In this document: one piece after another, positions 48,900 to 58,235 of the stretch
Position numbering within the stretch: position 1 is the first letter of the stretch
Layout: each line of letters opens with the position of its first letter
Assembly: GCA_963807435.1 (NCBI GenBank)
Contig: CAWECA010000013.1
Span: 96,805-160,804, forward strand
Origin: an uncultured Verrucomicrobiae bacterium
GTDB lineage: Bacteria; Verrucomicrobiota; Verrucomicrobiia; Chthoniobacterales; UBA10450
Length of the DNA stretch: 64,000 bases
Direction: 5' to 3'
Notes under the pieces: model-generated
The model's input: only the letters and a program-made list of their open reading frames with translations
The model's database searches: none
Told to the model about the DNA's origin: nothing
Made by a program: the position numbers and the translations under genes

Positions 48900-49724
48900 A
48901 TGATTTCCATGAAACTAAAACTTTCTCTCGTTCGATTCTCGCTTGGCGCTCTAATGGCTCTGCTCATGTGCGATGCATCATGTATTGCTGAAGAAATCAA
49001 GGATTTCGGTCGTGATCGTCTCAACAAATCGCCAAGGCATGCGGATTGGGTCGATATCAAATCGGGCGATCGCGCCATCAACGCGTTTGTTGTGTACCCG
49101 GAACGCAAAGATAAGGCACCAGCTGTGATTGTGATCAGCGAGATCTTTGGCCTCACGGACTGGGTGCGGAGTCTCTGCGATCAGTTGGCCGAGAACGGCG
49201 TCATAGCCATCGCGCCGGATTTACACGGGAAAAAATTTGAGGACCTCGATGCCGCTCGCAAAGCGACCTCGGAGTTATCAAAGGAGCAGGTCCAGAGCGA
49301 TTTGGATGCGACCGCCAACTACGCGTTAACAAAAATTCCGGCATGCAACGGCACGCTCGCGGTGTGCGGATTCTGTTGGGGCGGGGGAGTCACCTTCGCC
49401 TACGCGAATGAGAACCCAAAGCTTAAAGCGGCTTATTCATTTTATGGAACCGCGCCCGATGAGGCGTCGAAGGTCGCAAATATCCCCTGTCCAGTTTATG
49501 GATTTTACGGTGAGAACGACGAGCGCGTGGACGCAACCATTCCCAAGGCAAAAGAGTTAATGAAAGCTGCAGGCAAAACGTACGAACCGGTGATCTACAA
49601 AGGTGCCGGTCACGGTTTCATGCGTTCTGGCGAGCCGACCAATCCTGCCATGCGGGAGGCTGACCGGACAGCCCGCGACGAAGCGTGGGCGCGCTGGAAA
49701 AAATTACTGAAGCAACTTGGATAG
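48900..49724 (+). CDS. dienelactone hydrolase family protein, secreted
   Basis: Signal peptide MISMKLKLSLVRFSLGALMALL; nucleophile elbow GFCWGG and C-terminal GAGHGF. Confidence 0.8.
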   Translation: MISMKLKLSLVRFSLGALMALLMCDASCIAEEIKDFGRDRLNKSPRHADWVDIKSGDRAINAFVVYPERKDKAPAVIVISEIFGLTDWVRSLCDQLAENGVIAIAPDLHGKKFEDLDAARKATSELSKEQVQSDLDATANYALTKIPACNGTLAVCGFCWGGGVTFAYANENPKLKAAYSFYGTAPDEASKVANIPCPVYGFYGENDERVDATIPKAKELMKAAGKTYEPVIYKGAGHGFMRSGEPTNPAMREADRTARDEAWARWKKLLKQLG

Positions 49725-49735
49725 GGACGGCATCT

Positions 49736-51853
49736 CTACCTTTCCGCGCCTTCCAGTTCGTCAGCGAGCGGACCCGCATCGTAAACCTTCCGAAGCGCCT
49801 CGACGATTGCGGCAGAATCCACCGATACCGCGCGCGCTTGTGTGTCGCTGTAGATGGCGTCGAGCACCAGTGATTGAATGTTGCCGTCAAAAATGATCCC
49901 GATGAATTCGTTGGCCTTGTTCACCACCGGGCTGCCGCTGTTGCCGCCGATGATGTCGGCATCGGAAACGAAATCCAGTTTGGTTGCCAGATTCAGCTTT
50001 GTTTTTGCGTCAATCCAGCGCTTTGGCAGATCGAACGGCGGCCGGTTATCGTGCTCGGTGGCCCGCTGATATAACCCCGCGACATCGGTGAATGCCGGAA
50101 TCTGTTTTCCATCCTGTCCGTATCCACGAACGGTTCCGTACGACAGTCGCAGGGTAAAGGTTGCATCGGGGTATGTATTCGTGCCTTCTATAGCGAAACG
50201 CGCCTTTGCGATGTCTGCATAGGCCTGCTTTTTGATTTCATCCTGGGCGTTATAAATCTTTCGGGTCTCTCTGGCAGGGGCGTCGATCATCCGGGCGAGA
50301 TCGATCATCGGATCATGAACGGCTTCGAAGGCAGCCGTGTTTTTGCCGTACAGATCCTTGCGCGCTGCTACGTCCTTGAGCTTGCTGCCGGTCACCAGTT
50401 CTACCGCGCGCGCATGTGGCGATTTTCCGGCAAGCACTTTCTTCACCAGCGGATCGTTGACTCCGAATTTTGAAGTGAAATCGGTCAGTGAGTCACTGAG
50501 TCGCAAAATCTCGTAGTCGTCGTATACCGGTTCGTTACTAAAGATGTCCAGCTCCAACGACTCTCGCGCGCTGTCGCGGAAAGCGGGAATTCTTTCCCCG
50601 TTCGGTTTTGCGCGTTCATCTGCGGCGCGCAGCAGCAGACGGGCGTATTTGAAAAGATTGCCGGCAAAGGCTCGTGGCGCGCGATAACCGATAACGCTCG
50701 GGCGCTCCTGTTCGAGATAATCATATCGCGGCGCGTTCTTCGCAATCTCGGCCTGAGCGCGTTTAATCCGGTCATAAGCCGTGAGCGCCGGCTTGAGCTT
50801 CGGATCTCGCCCAACGGCGTCACGCAATTTTTGATCGCGCGCATGCAATGCCGACCAGATTTGCGGATCGAGCAGCCCGGCCTGATAACCGTCATACCGT
50901 TTGCGATTATTTTGATCGCCAAATAGGTCGTCGCGCGCTTTTCGAGCGTTCTCGAACGAGCGCGCGCTGTAGGCCGACTCCAGCACTTCACGCCGGTAGA
51001 ACATGTTCAACACATATGGGAGATATCGATCGCGCATGTAGGCTAGTTCATCCAAAGTGAGCTGCCGGTCAGTTTTTCCCGGGCTGCCGCTCACAAAAAT
51101 CAGTTCGCCGTCGGTTGGCCCGTTTGGATTGAATTTGAGAAAGTGCTCGATCTTGGCCGGCTGACCGTTTTCATAAACGCGAAAAAGACAGATATCGAGG
51201 TCGTATCGTGGATACTCGAAATTGTCAGGGTCACCGCCGAAGAAAGCCATTTGCTGCTCGGGTGCGAAGACCAGGCGCACATCGTCATAGCGTTTGTACC
51301 GGTAAAGATGGTAAGCGGCGCCTTGATACAACGTAACGACGTCCGATCGGAGCCCGGTCTTGTCTTTGCTCTCCTTTTCAATGGCAGCGATCGCAGTATT
51401 GCGCGCCTTCGAGGCCTGGTCGCTGGGCATCCCTGATTTCACCGCGCCGGTTACGCGCGCAGTCACGTCTTCAATCGACATGAGAACGTTGAGCTCGAGA
51501 TCAGTTGACTTGATTTCGTCCGCTTGCGTTTTCGCATAAAAACCGTCCCGGAGATAATTGTGCTGTGAGTCTCCCATTTTCTGCAACGTGTCGGCCCCAA
51601 CGTGATGGTTTGTGATCACAAGCCCATTTGCTGAGACGAACGAACCGCTCCCGCCGGAATTGAACCGGACACTGGCCTTTTGCAGGTGCTCGAGCCACTC
51701 CGGCGTCGGCTCGAACTGATATTTCTCCTTGAGCTGTTTCAGGGGCGGCGCGTTAAACAGCCACATCCCTTCACCAGCTAACGCTGCGGCATTCGTTCCC
51801 AGGAGAAACAGTAAAACGGAACAGCGAAATTGCACACGAAGCGATTTGGACAT
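49736..51853 (-). CDS. S46 family dipeptidyl-peptidase
   Basis: GEGMWLF.., GSGSFVSANGLVITNHHV (His) and GGNSGSPVV (Ser) are S46 (DPP7/DPP11-like) hallmarks. Start at ATG 51853 gives a signal peptide. Confidence 0.85.
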   Translation of the reverse strand: MSKSLRVQFRCSVLLFLLGTNAAALAGEGMWLFNAPPLKQLKEKYQFEPTPEWLEHLQKASVRFNSGGSGSFVSANGLVITNHHVGADTLQKMGDSQHNYLRDGFYAKTQADEIKSTDLELNVLMSIEDVTARVTGAVKSGMPSDQASKARNTAIAAIEKESKDKTGLRSDVVTLYQGAAYHLYRYKRYDDVRLVFAPEQQMAFFGGDPDNFEYPRYDLDICLFRVYENGQPAKIEHFLKFNPNGPTDGELIFVSGSPGKTDRQLTLDELAYMRDRYLPYVLNMFYRREVLESAYSARSFENARKARDDLFGDQNNRKRYDGYQAGLLDPQIWSALHARDQKLRDAVGRDPKLKPALTAYDRIKRAQAEIAKNAPRYDYLEQERPSVIGYRAPRAFAGNLFKYARLLLRAADERAKPNGERIPAFRDSARESLELDIFSNEPVYDDYEILRLSDSLTDFTSKFGVNDPLVKKVLAGKSPHARAVELVTGSKLKDVAARKDLYGKNTAAFEAVHDPMIDLARMIDAPARETRKIYNAQDEIKKQAYADIAKARFAIEGTNTYPDATFTLRLSYGTVRGYGQDGKQIPAFTDVAGLYQRATEHDNRPPFDLPKRWIDAKTKLNLATKLDFVSDADIIGGNSGSPVVNKANEFIGIIFDGNIQSLVLDAIYSDTQARAVSVDSAAIVEALRKVYDAGPLADELEGAER

Positions 51854-51949
51854 GCGCGAATCATAAAGGGTGGACTTAGGCGCGACAACTGCGTCATTCC
51901 ACATGCCCACTTTTATGGTGGGGCAATCGCTTCCCCTTCACCAACAGCG

Positions 51950-52726
51950 ATGTACAGTTTCCAGATGTTTCGGCTCAAGCGTCGCAAAATTGAGCGACTG
52001 GGTTTCATTCTCGCTGGCGCGCAAAAGTCCGGGACCACGGCCCTCCATTACTTTTTGAGCAGACGTCCGGACATTAGGATGGGCAACCAGCAGGAGATTC
52101 ACTTCTTCGATAACGATGCGCTGTTTGTCGGCGAGCCCGATTATGAGCAATTGCATAGACATTATCCGTTGCTTGGTCCTTTCATGATCGCGGGAGATTG
52201 CACCCCCAGTTACCTGTATCATTCGGAGGCGGCGGCGCGGATTTTCAAGTACAATCCGAGGATCAAGTTGCTACTGCTTCTGCGAAACCCGGTCGAGCGC
52301 GCGTTTGCGCATTGGAACATGCAACGATTCAGGAACCGAGAGCCGTTGGATTTCTTCGACGCCGTTCGAGAAGAGCAAACCCGCATCGCCGGTGCGCCGA
52401 AGATCGAAGCTCGCCGTTTTGCCTATGTGGACCGCGGATTTTACGGACGACAGCTCGAGCGGGTCTTTAAATTATTTCCGCGCGAACAAGTGAAGGCCAT
52501 AAAGTTCGAGAATTTTAAGGCGAACCAGCTCGAAACACTCGCGTCGGTTCTGTCCTTTCTTGATTGCAAAGCTCCGCGTTCGATCCGCAACAAAGACAGA
52601 AACATTGTGCCATATGAACGCGCCATGAACTGGGAAGAACGCGTGTTCCTGTTCAATCTCTTCGCTGACGACATTGCTAGAGTTGAGCAGTTGCTAGGCT
52701 GGGATTGCTCAGATTGGAAATTGTGA
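51950..52726 (+). CDS. sulfotransferase family protein
   Basis: 5'-PSB-like loop GAQKSGTTALHYFL and 3'-PB-like LLLLRNPVERAFAHW. Confidence 0.7.
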   Translation: MYSFQMFRLKRRKIERLGFILAGAQKSGTTALHYFLSRRPDIRMGNQQEIHFFDNDALFVGEPDYEQLHRHYPLLGPFMIAGDCTPSYLYHSEAAARIFKYNPRIKLLLLLRNPVERAFAHWNMQRFRNREPLDFFDAVREEQTRIAGAPKIEARRFAYVDRGFYGRQLERVFKLFPREQVKAIKFENFKANQLETLASVLSFLDCKAPRSIRNKDRNIVPYERAMNWEERVFLFNLFADDIARVEQLLGWDCSDWKL

Positions 52727-52781
52727 TTCGGCCGAGAGAGCGGCCGCACCGTTCTGAGCGCGGGCCTGCGGGACGACGTCA

Positions 52782-53525
52782 TCATATCTGTTTAAAACGA
52801 GGATATCCAGCAGGATTCGCCGCAAGCAGCGCTTTCCAGCGAATGATCCGTGCGCCCTGCGATTCAAAAAAAGCACGCAACTTCGGAGTAAAGAACGACG
52901 AACCGTCCTGTCGCCTGTTGAATTCCAAAAGGAGGCGGCCGCCGGGATTTAGAAATCGCGTCCGCACATCGTCGATAAAAAATTCCCAATCTGCTTCTGT
53001 CCATTCCTGCCATTCGCCATTTTCTTTTCTTGAGATTCGGTGGAAACAAACACGATGTGCGGTGACCAGATCGAATCTTTTTCCAAGATCCGGCAACGGC
53101 GTCTGCGCATTGATTCTTGATACGGTGCGGTTTACGCCGAAAAGTTTCGTCGTGCCGCGGAAGAAAGGTTCGTCATCCGGGTCGAGTCCCAGACCTGCGT
53201 GGCCAAAGAGTCGGCAGAGATAGAGGAAATAACCCGGGCCGCACCCAAGATCGAGGATCTCCAGAGGCGATGAGCGATCCAGCCAAAGGTCCTGCAGGCG
53301 TTTAACGTTTACTGCGACCCAGTAGTCCGCGTCTTCGTAAGCATTAATCCTTCGCGCGTTCGGCCGATAGGGATACTGCTCGCGCAGTCGCGCCAGCTCT
53401 GCTCGATCGATTGTGGCCAGAATGCTTCGAGAGCTTACCGGATGTGTCCAACGCCCGGCGTGTTCGCGAAGGCTTTCCATCGCATCGCGCGAGAATAACT
53501 TTTGAACTTTTTGCGACAGTTGCAC
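52782..53525 (-). CDS. class I SAM-dependent methyltransferase
   Basis: Motif I ILDLGCGPGYFL, followed by an acidic post-I region. Confidence 0.7.
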   Translation of the reverse strand: MQLSQKVQKLFSRDAMESLREHAGRWTHPVSSRSILATIDRAELARLREQYPYRPNARRINAYEDADYWVAVNVKRLQDLWLDRSSPLEILDLGCGPGYFLYLCRLFGHAGLGLDPDDEPFFRGTTKLFGVNRTVSRINAQTPLPDLGKRFDLVTAHRVCFHRISRKENGEWQEWTEADWEFFIDDVRTRFLNPGGRLLLEFNRRQDGSSFFTPKLRAFFESQGARIIRWKALLAANPAGYPRFKQI

Positions 53526-53552
53526 CGGAAAAGATCTCCGAGGTTACTCCAC

Positions 53553-54665
53553 TTATCCCTTCAAATGTGGCTGCGCATCGTCCACAACCCAGTTTCTTGA
53601 CACCAGCCCGCTGCGGTGCGCCACGTCGTTCCAGGGCGCTTTCACGGACAGCTCCCGGTCCTGTAGTATCTCATCAGCCATGATCTTCATTAAGCGAATC
53701 GCTCGCCGGATCCGTCGTGCTGTAAACCAATCCGGTGCGCGCAGCTCAAAGTCGTTAGGCCTAAATTCTTCCGCCACGTCGTCGGCGAAAACTTCGGCCC
53801 AGGATCTACTCCAGACCCGCTGCGCGAAGGCGTCGTTGTCGGAGCGCAACCTATTTTCAACGTCTTTTGCCATTGCGGTGGTCAGCCCGCAGTACCGTGT
53901 ATCGACTATTCGATTGCGGTGACAATACTTGGCCAGCGCCACCTTGCATCTCCTCGTCTGAAGCCAGGTCAACGGTTTGCCTATCGAGCGCAAGACCTCA
54001 CGAGCCACACTCACTGTGAATGGTCCCGCGGCTTCATTCCGTCGGACTGCGCGATCTCGAAATTTTGAAGAAGTGATACTTACGCATCTCAGAAACTCCG
54101 GTATGACACCGCGGCGAAGAGTTTCATTGCTAAACGGTTGCGCGATAAGCTCTGCATTATGGGCCGCTGCCAGCTCGATCCAACGCGAGAACGTGGCATC
54201 TGGAGATTGGGCGAACCGCAGCACGCCCGGCTGAAACGAGTCAGACCGGCGAAAGCTCTTGACCGAGCTGGCGTAGCTCGAGTTGATCCATTGGGCTTGA
54301 TTTCTCGGGAACAGGATTAGCTTTGGTTCGAGATTGAGTGCTTCGATTCGACTGAAAAAAACCTTTGTATGGTTCCGGTTTCGTAGAATTCCTTCCAAAG
54401 CTTCAGAAGAAATAATGACTGCGTTAGCGGTCGTCTGAGCGATTTCCCGGATGCAGTGGGCGATTGGAGCCTCTCTGTGCTCTCCTAATTCGAGTCCCGC
54501 CAAAGCCTGGACGAGTCCGTGATGCGCGCCGCGTTTGGTTTCACTCTCAGGGACGAAGTAGCCTTGCTCCAATAACTCGGCGCGGTTCTCCTGCAGAAAC
54601 CATTGGATTGAAGTCGTGCCCGATTTATGTGGTCCGACGTGGATGTAGCAGACGCGCTTTGTCAT
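53553..54665 (-). CDS. hypothetical protein with a sulfotransferase-like P-loop
   Basis: N-terminus VCYIHVGPHKSGTTSIQWFL resembles a PAPS-binding 5'-PSB loop. I do not recognise the remaining 330 aa. Confidence 0.45.
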   Translation of the reverse strand: MTKRVCYIHVGPHKSGTTSIQWFLQENRAELLEQGYFVPESETKRGAHHGLVQALAGLELGEHREAPIAHCIREIAQTTANAVIISSEALEGILRNRNHTKVFFSRIEALNLEPKLILFPRNQAQWINSSYASSVKSFRRSDSFQPGVLRFAQSPDATFSRWIELAAAHNAELIAQPFSNETLRRGVIPEFLRCVSITSSKFRDRAVRRNEAAGPFTVSVAREVLRSIGKPLTWLQTRRCKVALAKYCHRNRIVDTRYCGLTTAMAKDVENRLRSDNDAFAQRVWSRSWAEVFADDVAEEFRPNDFELRAPDWFTARRIRRAIRLMKIMADEILQDRELSVKAPWNDVAHRSGLVSRNWVVDDAQPHLKG

Positions 54666-54818
54666 GCATTAATTCGGAGGACAGAGAAAATCTCACAGTT
54701 GCTGACGCGGTGATTCGATGCAAGCGCGACCTGTCCGGCTTTGTCAATTAGCGCTCCTTGAGCCGGGCGCCAGCAATTATTGATAGTATGCCAAATTTCG
54801 GCTATTCCGAAGAGCGCG

Positions 54819-55478
54819 ATGAGTCGTTTACCACAGCGCATTGATAAGCCAGAGCCGCGCGGGCAGACAATAGCGGCCGTTCTTGCGATCGGTGCAATAT
54901 ATCTGGCGCTGCCGCATAATTTGGTTTTCGGCCCAGTCTGGTTGTTGCCAACCCTGATCGTCGTTTTGCTGGTGCCGACGATGGTGAGCCATCGCGTGGG
55001 AAAACTTTCACTCAATCGGATGCTGGGGTTTATGATTAATGGGATCACTACACTGGCGCTGATCGGTTCGGTGATTCTGCTTGTACGCGCACAGACCAGC
55101 CACCGAGAACAGCCGTTGCAGTTGCTGGGCTCGGGCGGACTTCTTTGGATAACTAATGTAATCGTATTTGCGCTTTGGTACTGGCGTCTGGACGGTGGCG
55201 GCCCTACCAAACGCCATAAAGAAAAGAAATTCGGCAGCAAGAGTTTCGTTTTTCCGCAGATGCAGATTCCAAACGATGAGCGTGGCGAATTTGCATGTAC
55301 TCTGTGGCGTCCTCACTTTATCGACTATCTGTTCGTGGCCTTTACGCAGAGTTCCACTTTTGGACCGACTGACGCGCCACTGCTCGCGCGCTGGGCGAAA
55401 ATTCTGACGATGATCCAGATTTTCATTTCGCTGGGCATCGTGGTCCTGTTGATCTCCGGCGCCGTCGGCGCTTTGTGA
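54819..55478 (+). CDS. DUF1345-like integral membrane protein
   Basis: About 5-6 TM helices; HFIDYLFVAFTQSSTFGPTD resembles the DUF1345 conserved segment. Start set at ATG 54819. Confidence 0.5.
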   Translation: MSRLPQRIDKPEPRGQTIAAVLAIGAIYLALPHNLVFGPVWLLPTLIVVLLVPTMVSHRVGKLSLNRMLGFMINGITTLALIGSVILLVRAQTSHREQPLQLLGSGGLLWITNVIVFALWYWRLDGGGPTKRHKEKKFGSKSFVFPQMQIPNDERGEFACTLWRPHFIDYLFVAFTQSSTFGPTDAPLLARWAKILTMIQIFISLGIVVLLISGAVGAL

Positions 55479-55849
55479 CCGTAGCGGCGAAGCTTTCATC
55501 CAGATTATCCACCGCTATTTAGTTGCTGTAGAGAAATTTCGGCCGACGTGGCTAACGATTTGCCAACCAGAATCAAAATACCCGTAGGGCCGGAACTCCC
55601 ATCATAATTGCACCGATCGCAAGGTAAAAAAGCGTGGTGATTCCGATAAGAATCAGATCGCAAGCAGAAGCATTTCGATAGTTTTTGTCATGCGTTCCTT
55701 CTGAGGCAAGCGGCTTGCCCTTGCCCGCTCAAACTGCGCGCTTTGGACACGTCACCGATGCAGCACCCACCTTGGATTTGGCGGTCATTCGCTCCGCTCT
55801 TCAACGATTTACGAATCAATGCAGCCAGCCTTTTGTTGATTGAACGAAG

Positions 55850-56134
55850 TTGTGTGAGGTGAATAGTTCTGATGTGGAACAGGAAAAGGTCATTTTTCTC
55901 CGAAACTTCTTCTACGTCGCTTTCTTTATCGGTCTTATTTTCGCTCTGTTTTATTTCGCCGCCGTGACCCTGTTATGGAATTTTGGAGTAGCCTGGGCCT
56001 CTCACGTGTTTAAAATCGACGAGAAAGAATTCGGCAGCCTGATTTTGCTGTTCTTTATCCAACTACGCGTTGTGATTGTCTTTTTCTTTCTGGTACCGGC
56101 GTTGGCTTTACACTGGGTGTCGCGAAGGAGGTAG
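55850..56134 (+). CDS. hypothetical small membrane protein
   Basis: 94-aa ORF with 2-3 strongly hydrophobic Phe-rich helices, visibly more AT-rich than its neighbours. It has a non-ATG start (TTG/GTG), so this is a weak call. Confidence 0.35.
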   Translation: MCEVNSSDVEQEKVIFLRNFFYVAFFIGLIFALFYFAAVTLLWNFGVAWASHVFKIDEKEFGSLILLFFIQLRVVIVFFFLVPALALHWVSRRR

Positions 56135-56181
56135 GTTCACTCTCTAACAACGGTTTTGCCGTTATTAGAGTTCGCGTGGTT

Positions 56182-57555
56182 TTATTGCACTTTTGACGGT
56201 ACGAGAATCGCCTCGCTCATCCCGTGGAGAAATTTCTTGTCCGCCGGAACGACTGTGGCCAGTGCGCCGCGTAATTTCACACGATCACTTTCGACAAAGT
56301 AATACGGGCAAAGCCGAACCCGGCCTTTCATTGTTCTTCGCTCGCCTGAATCCGGATCCCAATAAAGATGCTCAAACAGCGCGCCCTTGTGAAATTTCTG
56401 AAGGATTGTGGGACTCGACCCGAACGTTTCCAGCGCGTGGTCGATTCGCTTTTCCCATTCGGCGTGCGGCAGATCGCTTCCGAGCGCGACCCCGCGGCTA
56501 CCCCAGCCAAGCGGTGAAAAGCCGCTTACTTTCAGAAGAAGCTCGCGATCTTTCTGGCTGAACTTCGCAGCTTCCTGCCAATTGTGAATTTCCAGGCGGG
56601 GAATGACCCCGTGCTGGGGGAGGGGAGTTGGATCAAGAAGCCACGAATATGGAATCACCTCCTGTAGCTTGACGAAATATTTCTCGCCGAGTTCGCGTCG
56701 CCAAAATTCGCGCAGCGGTTGAAGCCAAAAAAGCGCGAACCACATTTTCTCCTCAAGGTAGGGTTTGATAGGCGGCGTAATGGTGATTCGGCCCTCTGCA
56801 TTCGCATGCAGGGTATTTTCGATCCCCGTAATATTTGGCAGATCAAACAGTTCGAAGAAGCGATACACGTCGCATCCATCCTGCGGCTTGTAATTTTCAG
56901 CTGGCACCACGCGCCAGCTGTAGCCGGGAGCATTGACCTCGGGAAACGACGTGTTGTGATCGCCGCCGTGGACAGCGTCCGCCGCTATAGCGTGCCGATT
57001 ATCTAAACGCGCCGCGAGCCACTCCATTTCAGGCCGGTACGTCGCCGACTCCTGCGAAATCAGAATGTCGCCTCCTTTCGGCAGCACACTTCGAAATCCG
57101 TCCAGCATTCCGTTTGCGCCGCCGATAATCCCATTATCGAATTCCGAATACGTTTGGCTCAGCCAACCTGTGAGGCCGATGCCACCCGGCACCGAATCGA
57201 TTTCCGCGATTATGTATCCTTTTTCCGTAAGAATGAGATCCGGCCGGATTACTTTTGGTAAGTCGTCGCGAATTTCCTTCCGTCGCGAAAATTCAATCAA
57301 CTCTTTCGGTTTACCGGCATCGAGGTATTGCGCGACCCACTGGGGTTGTTTTCCTTTAACGCTGAGCTGATAGAGCAGGTTACAGGCGCGCTGAAAAACA
57401 AAGAGCCGATGCCCAAGTTGCTCCAGGTCCGTCAGAAATTTCTTGTCGACCGGAAATGCGTCTGGAGAGAGCAGCCACTGCTTCTCCGCGAAGAGGCCTT
57501 CTTTTGGAAAAGCGGCGCGAATAGCCTGCAGACGATCTTCGGCAATGACGACCAT
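56182..57555 (-). CDS. glutathionylspermidine-synthase-like ATP-grasp family protein (YgiC/YjfC-like), function unknown
   Basis: By eye, VIRPDLILTEKGYIIAEIDSVPGGIGLT, PPIKPYLEEKMWFALFW and ILQKFHKG..GRVRLCPYYF parallel the GSP_synth pre-ATP-grasp/ATP-grasp blocks of E. coli YgiC. Confidence 0.5.
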   Translation of the reverse strand: MVVIAEDRLQAIRAAFPKEGLFAEKQWLLSPDAFPVDKKFLTDLEQLGHRLFVFQRACNLLYQLSVKGKQPQWVAQYLDAGKPKELIEFSRRKEIRDDLPKVIRPDLILTEKGYIIAEIDSVPGGIGLTGWLSQTYSEFDNGIIGGANGMLDGFRSVLPKGGDILISQESATYRPEMEWLAARLDNRHAIAADAVHGGDHNTSFPEVNAPGYSWRVVPAENYKPQDGCDVYRFFELFDLPNITGIENTLHANAEGRITITPPIKPYLEEKMWFALFWLQPLREFWRRELGEKYFVKLQEVIPYSWLLDPTPLPQHGVIPRLEIHNWQEAAKFSQKDRELLLKVSGFSPLGWGSRGVALGSDLPHAEWEKRIDHALETFGSSPTILQKFHKGALFEHLYWDPDSGERRTMKGRVRLCPYYFVESDRVKLRGALATVVPADKKFLHGMSEAILVPSKVQ

Positions 57556-57563
57556 TTAACTTA

Positions 57564-57591
57564 ACGTCGAACATCGAGCGTCCAACGTCCA
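57564..57591. repeat. 4 degenerate tandem 7-mers ACGTCGA ACATCGA GCGTCCA ACGTCCA
   Basis: Read directly from the sequence. It lies in the 62-nt gap between the ruvA stop and the ATP-grasp gene start, 8 nt from that ATG. Confidence 0.8.
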
Positions 57592-57617
57592 ATCGGCTGT
57601 CGCTGCAAAATTCGCAA

Positions 57618-58229
57618 TTAGCGACCTGAAGCGATGCGCTTCAGCGCCACCTTAACCAAGTCTTCCGCTGATTTTGCTTCGCCTTTCTGCTGTAAATCGT
57701 GCACAGCCTTGTGCGCATCTGCTTGCTTGTAGCCGAGCGCGATCAAGGCGAGCACTGCTTCGTTTGCCTGCTCTTGTTCCGGCGAAGGCGCGTGGGCGGC
57801 GCTGGCCGCCTCCCATGCTGCTGCCACGCCTACTTTGTCCTTTAATTCGAGGACGATCCGCTCAGCCGTCTTCTTTCCGAGTCCACTGATTTTCGAAATC
57901 GCCGCAACGTCAGAATTTACCACAGCGGCCTTAAAATTGTTTACGCTCATTCCACTCAGAACTGCGAGCGCCAGCTTCGGTCCAATTCCACTGACATTGT
58001 TAACCAGTAAACGGAAGAGATCTCGCTCCGCCGATGTCATGAATCCGTAAAGAACATGTGCATCTTCGCGGACGGCCAGATGGGTGAGCACGCGGATGGG
58101 TTGTCCGACGGCTGGCAGTTTGTCGTAACTCGATAGCGGAATGAAGACTTCGTAGCCGACGCCGCTAACGTCCACAATCGCTTGTGTGGGCAGTGCGCCC
58201 ACTAATTTGCCGTTAAGAAAGGTGATCAT
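57618..58229 (-). CDS. ruvA: Holliday junction branch migration complex subunit RuvA
   Basis: MITFLNGKL.., GVGYEV.., two HhH motifs (VSGIGPKLALAVL, ISGLGKKTAERI) and a C-terminal domain III. Confidence 0.95.
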   Translation of the reverse strand: MITFLNGKLVGALPTQAIVDVSGVGYEVFIPLSSYDKLPAVGQPIRVLTHLAVREDAHVLYGFMTSAERDLFRLLVNNVSGIGPKLALAVLSGMSVNNFKAAVVNSDVAAISKISGLGKKTAERIVLELKDKVGVAAAWEAASAAHAPSPEQEQANEAVLALIALGYKQADAHKAVHDLQQKGEAKSAEDLVKVALKRIASGR

Positions 58230-58235
58230 GGGTTC

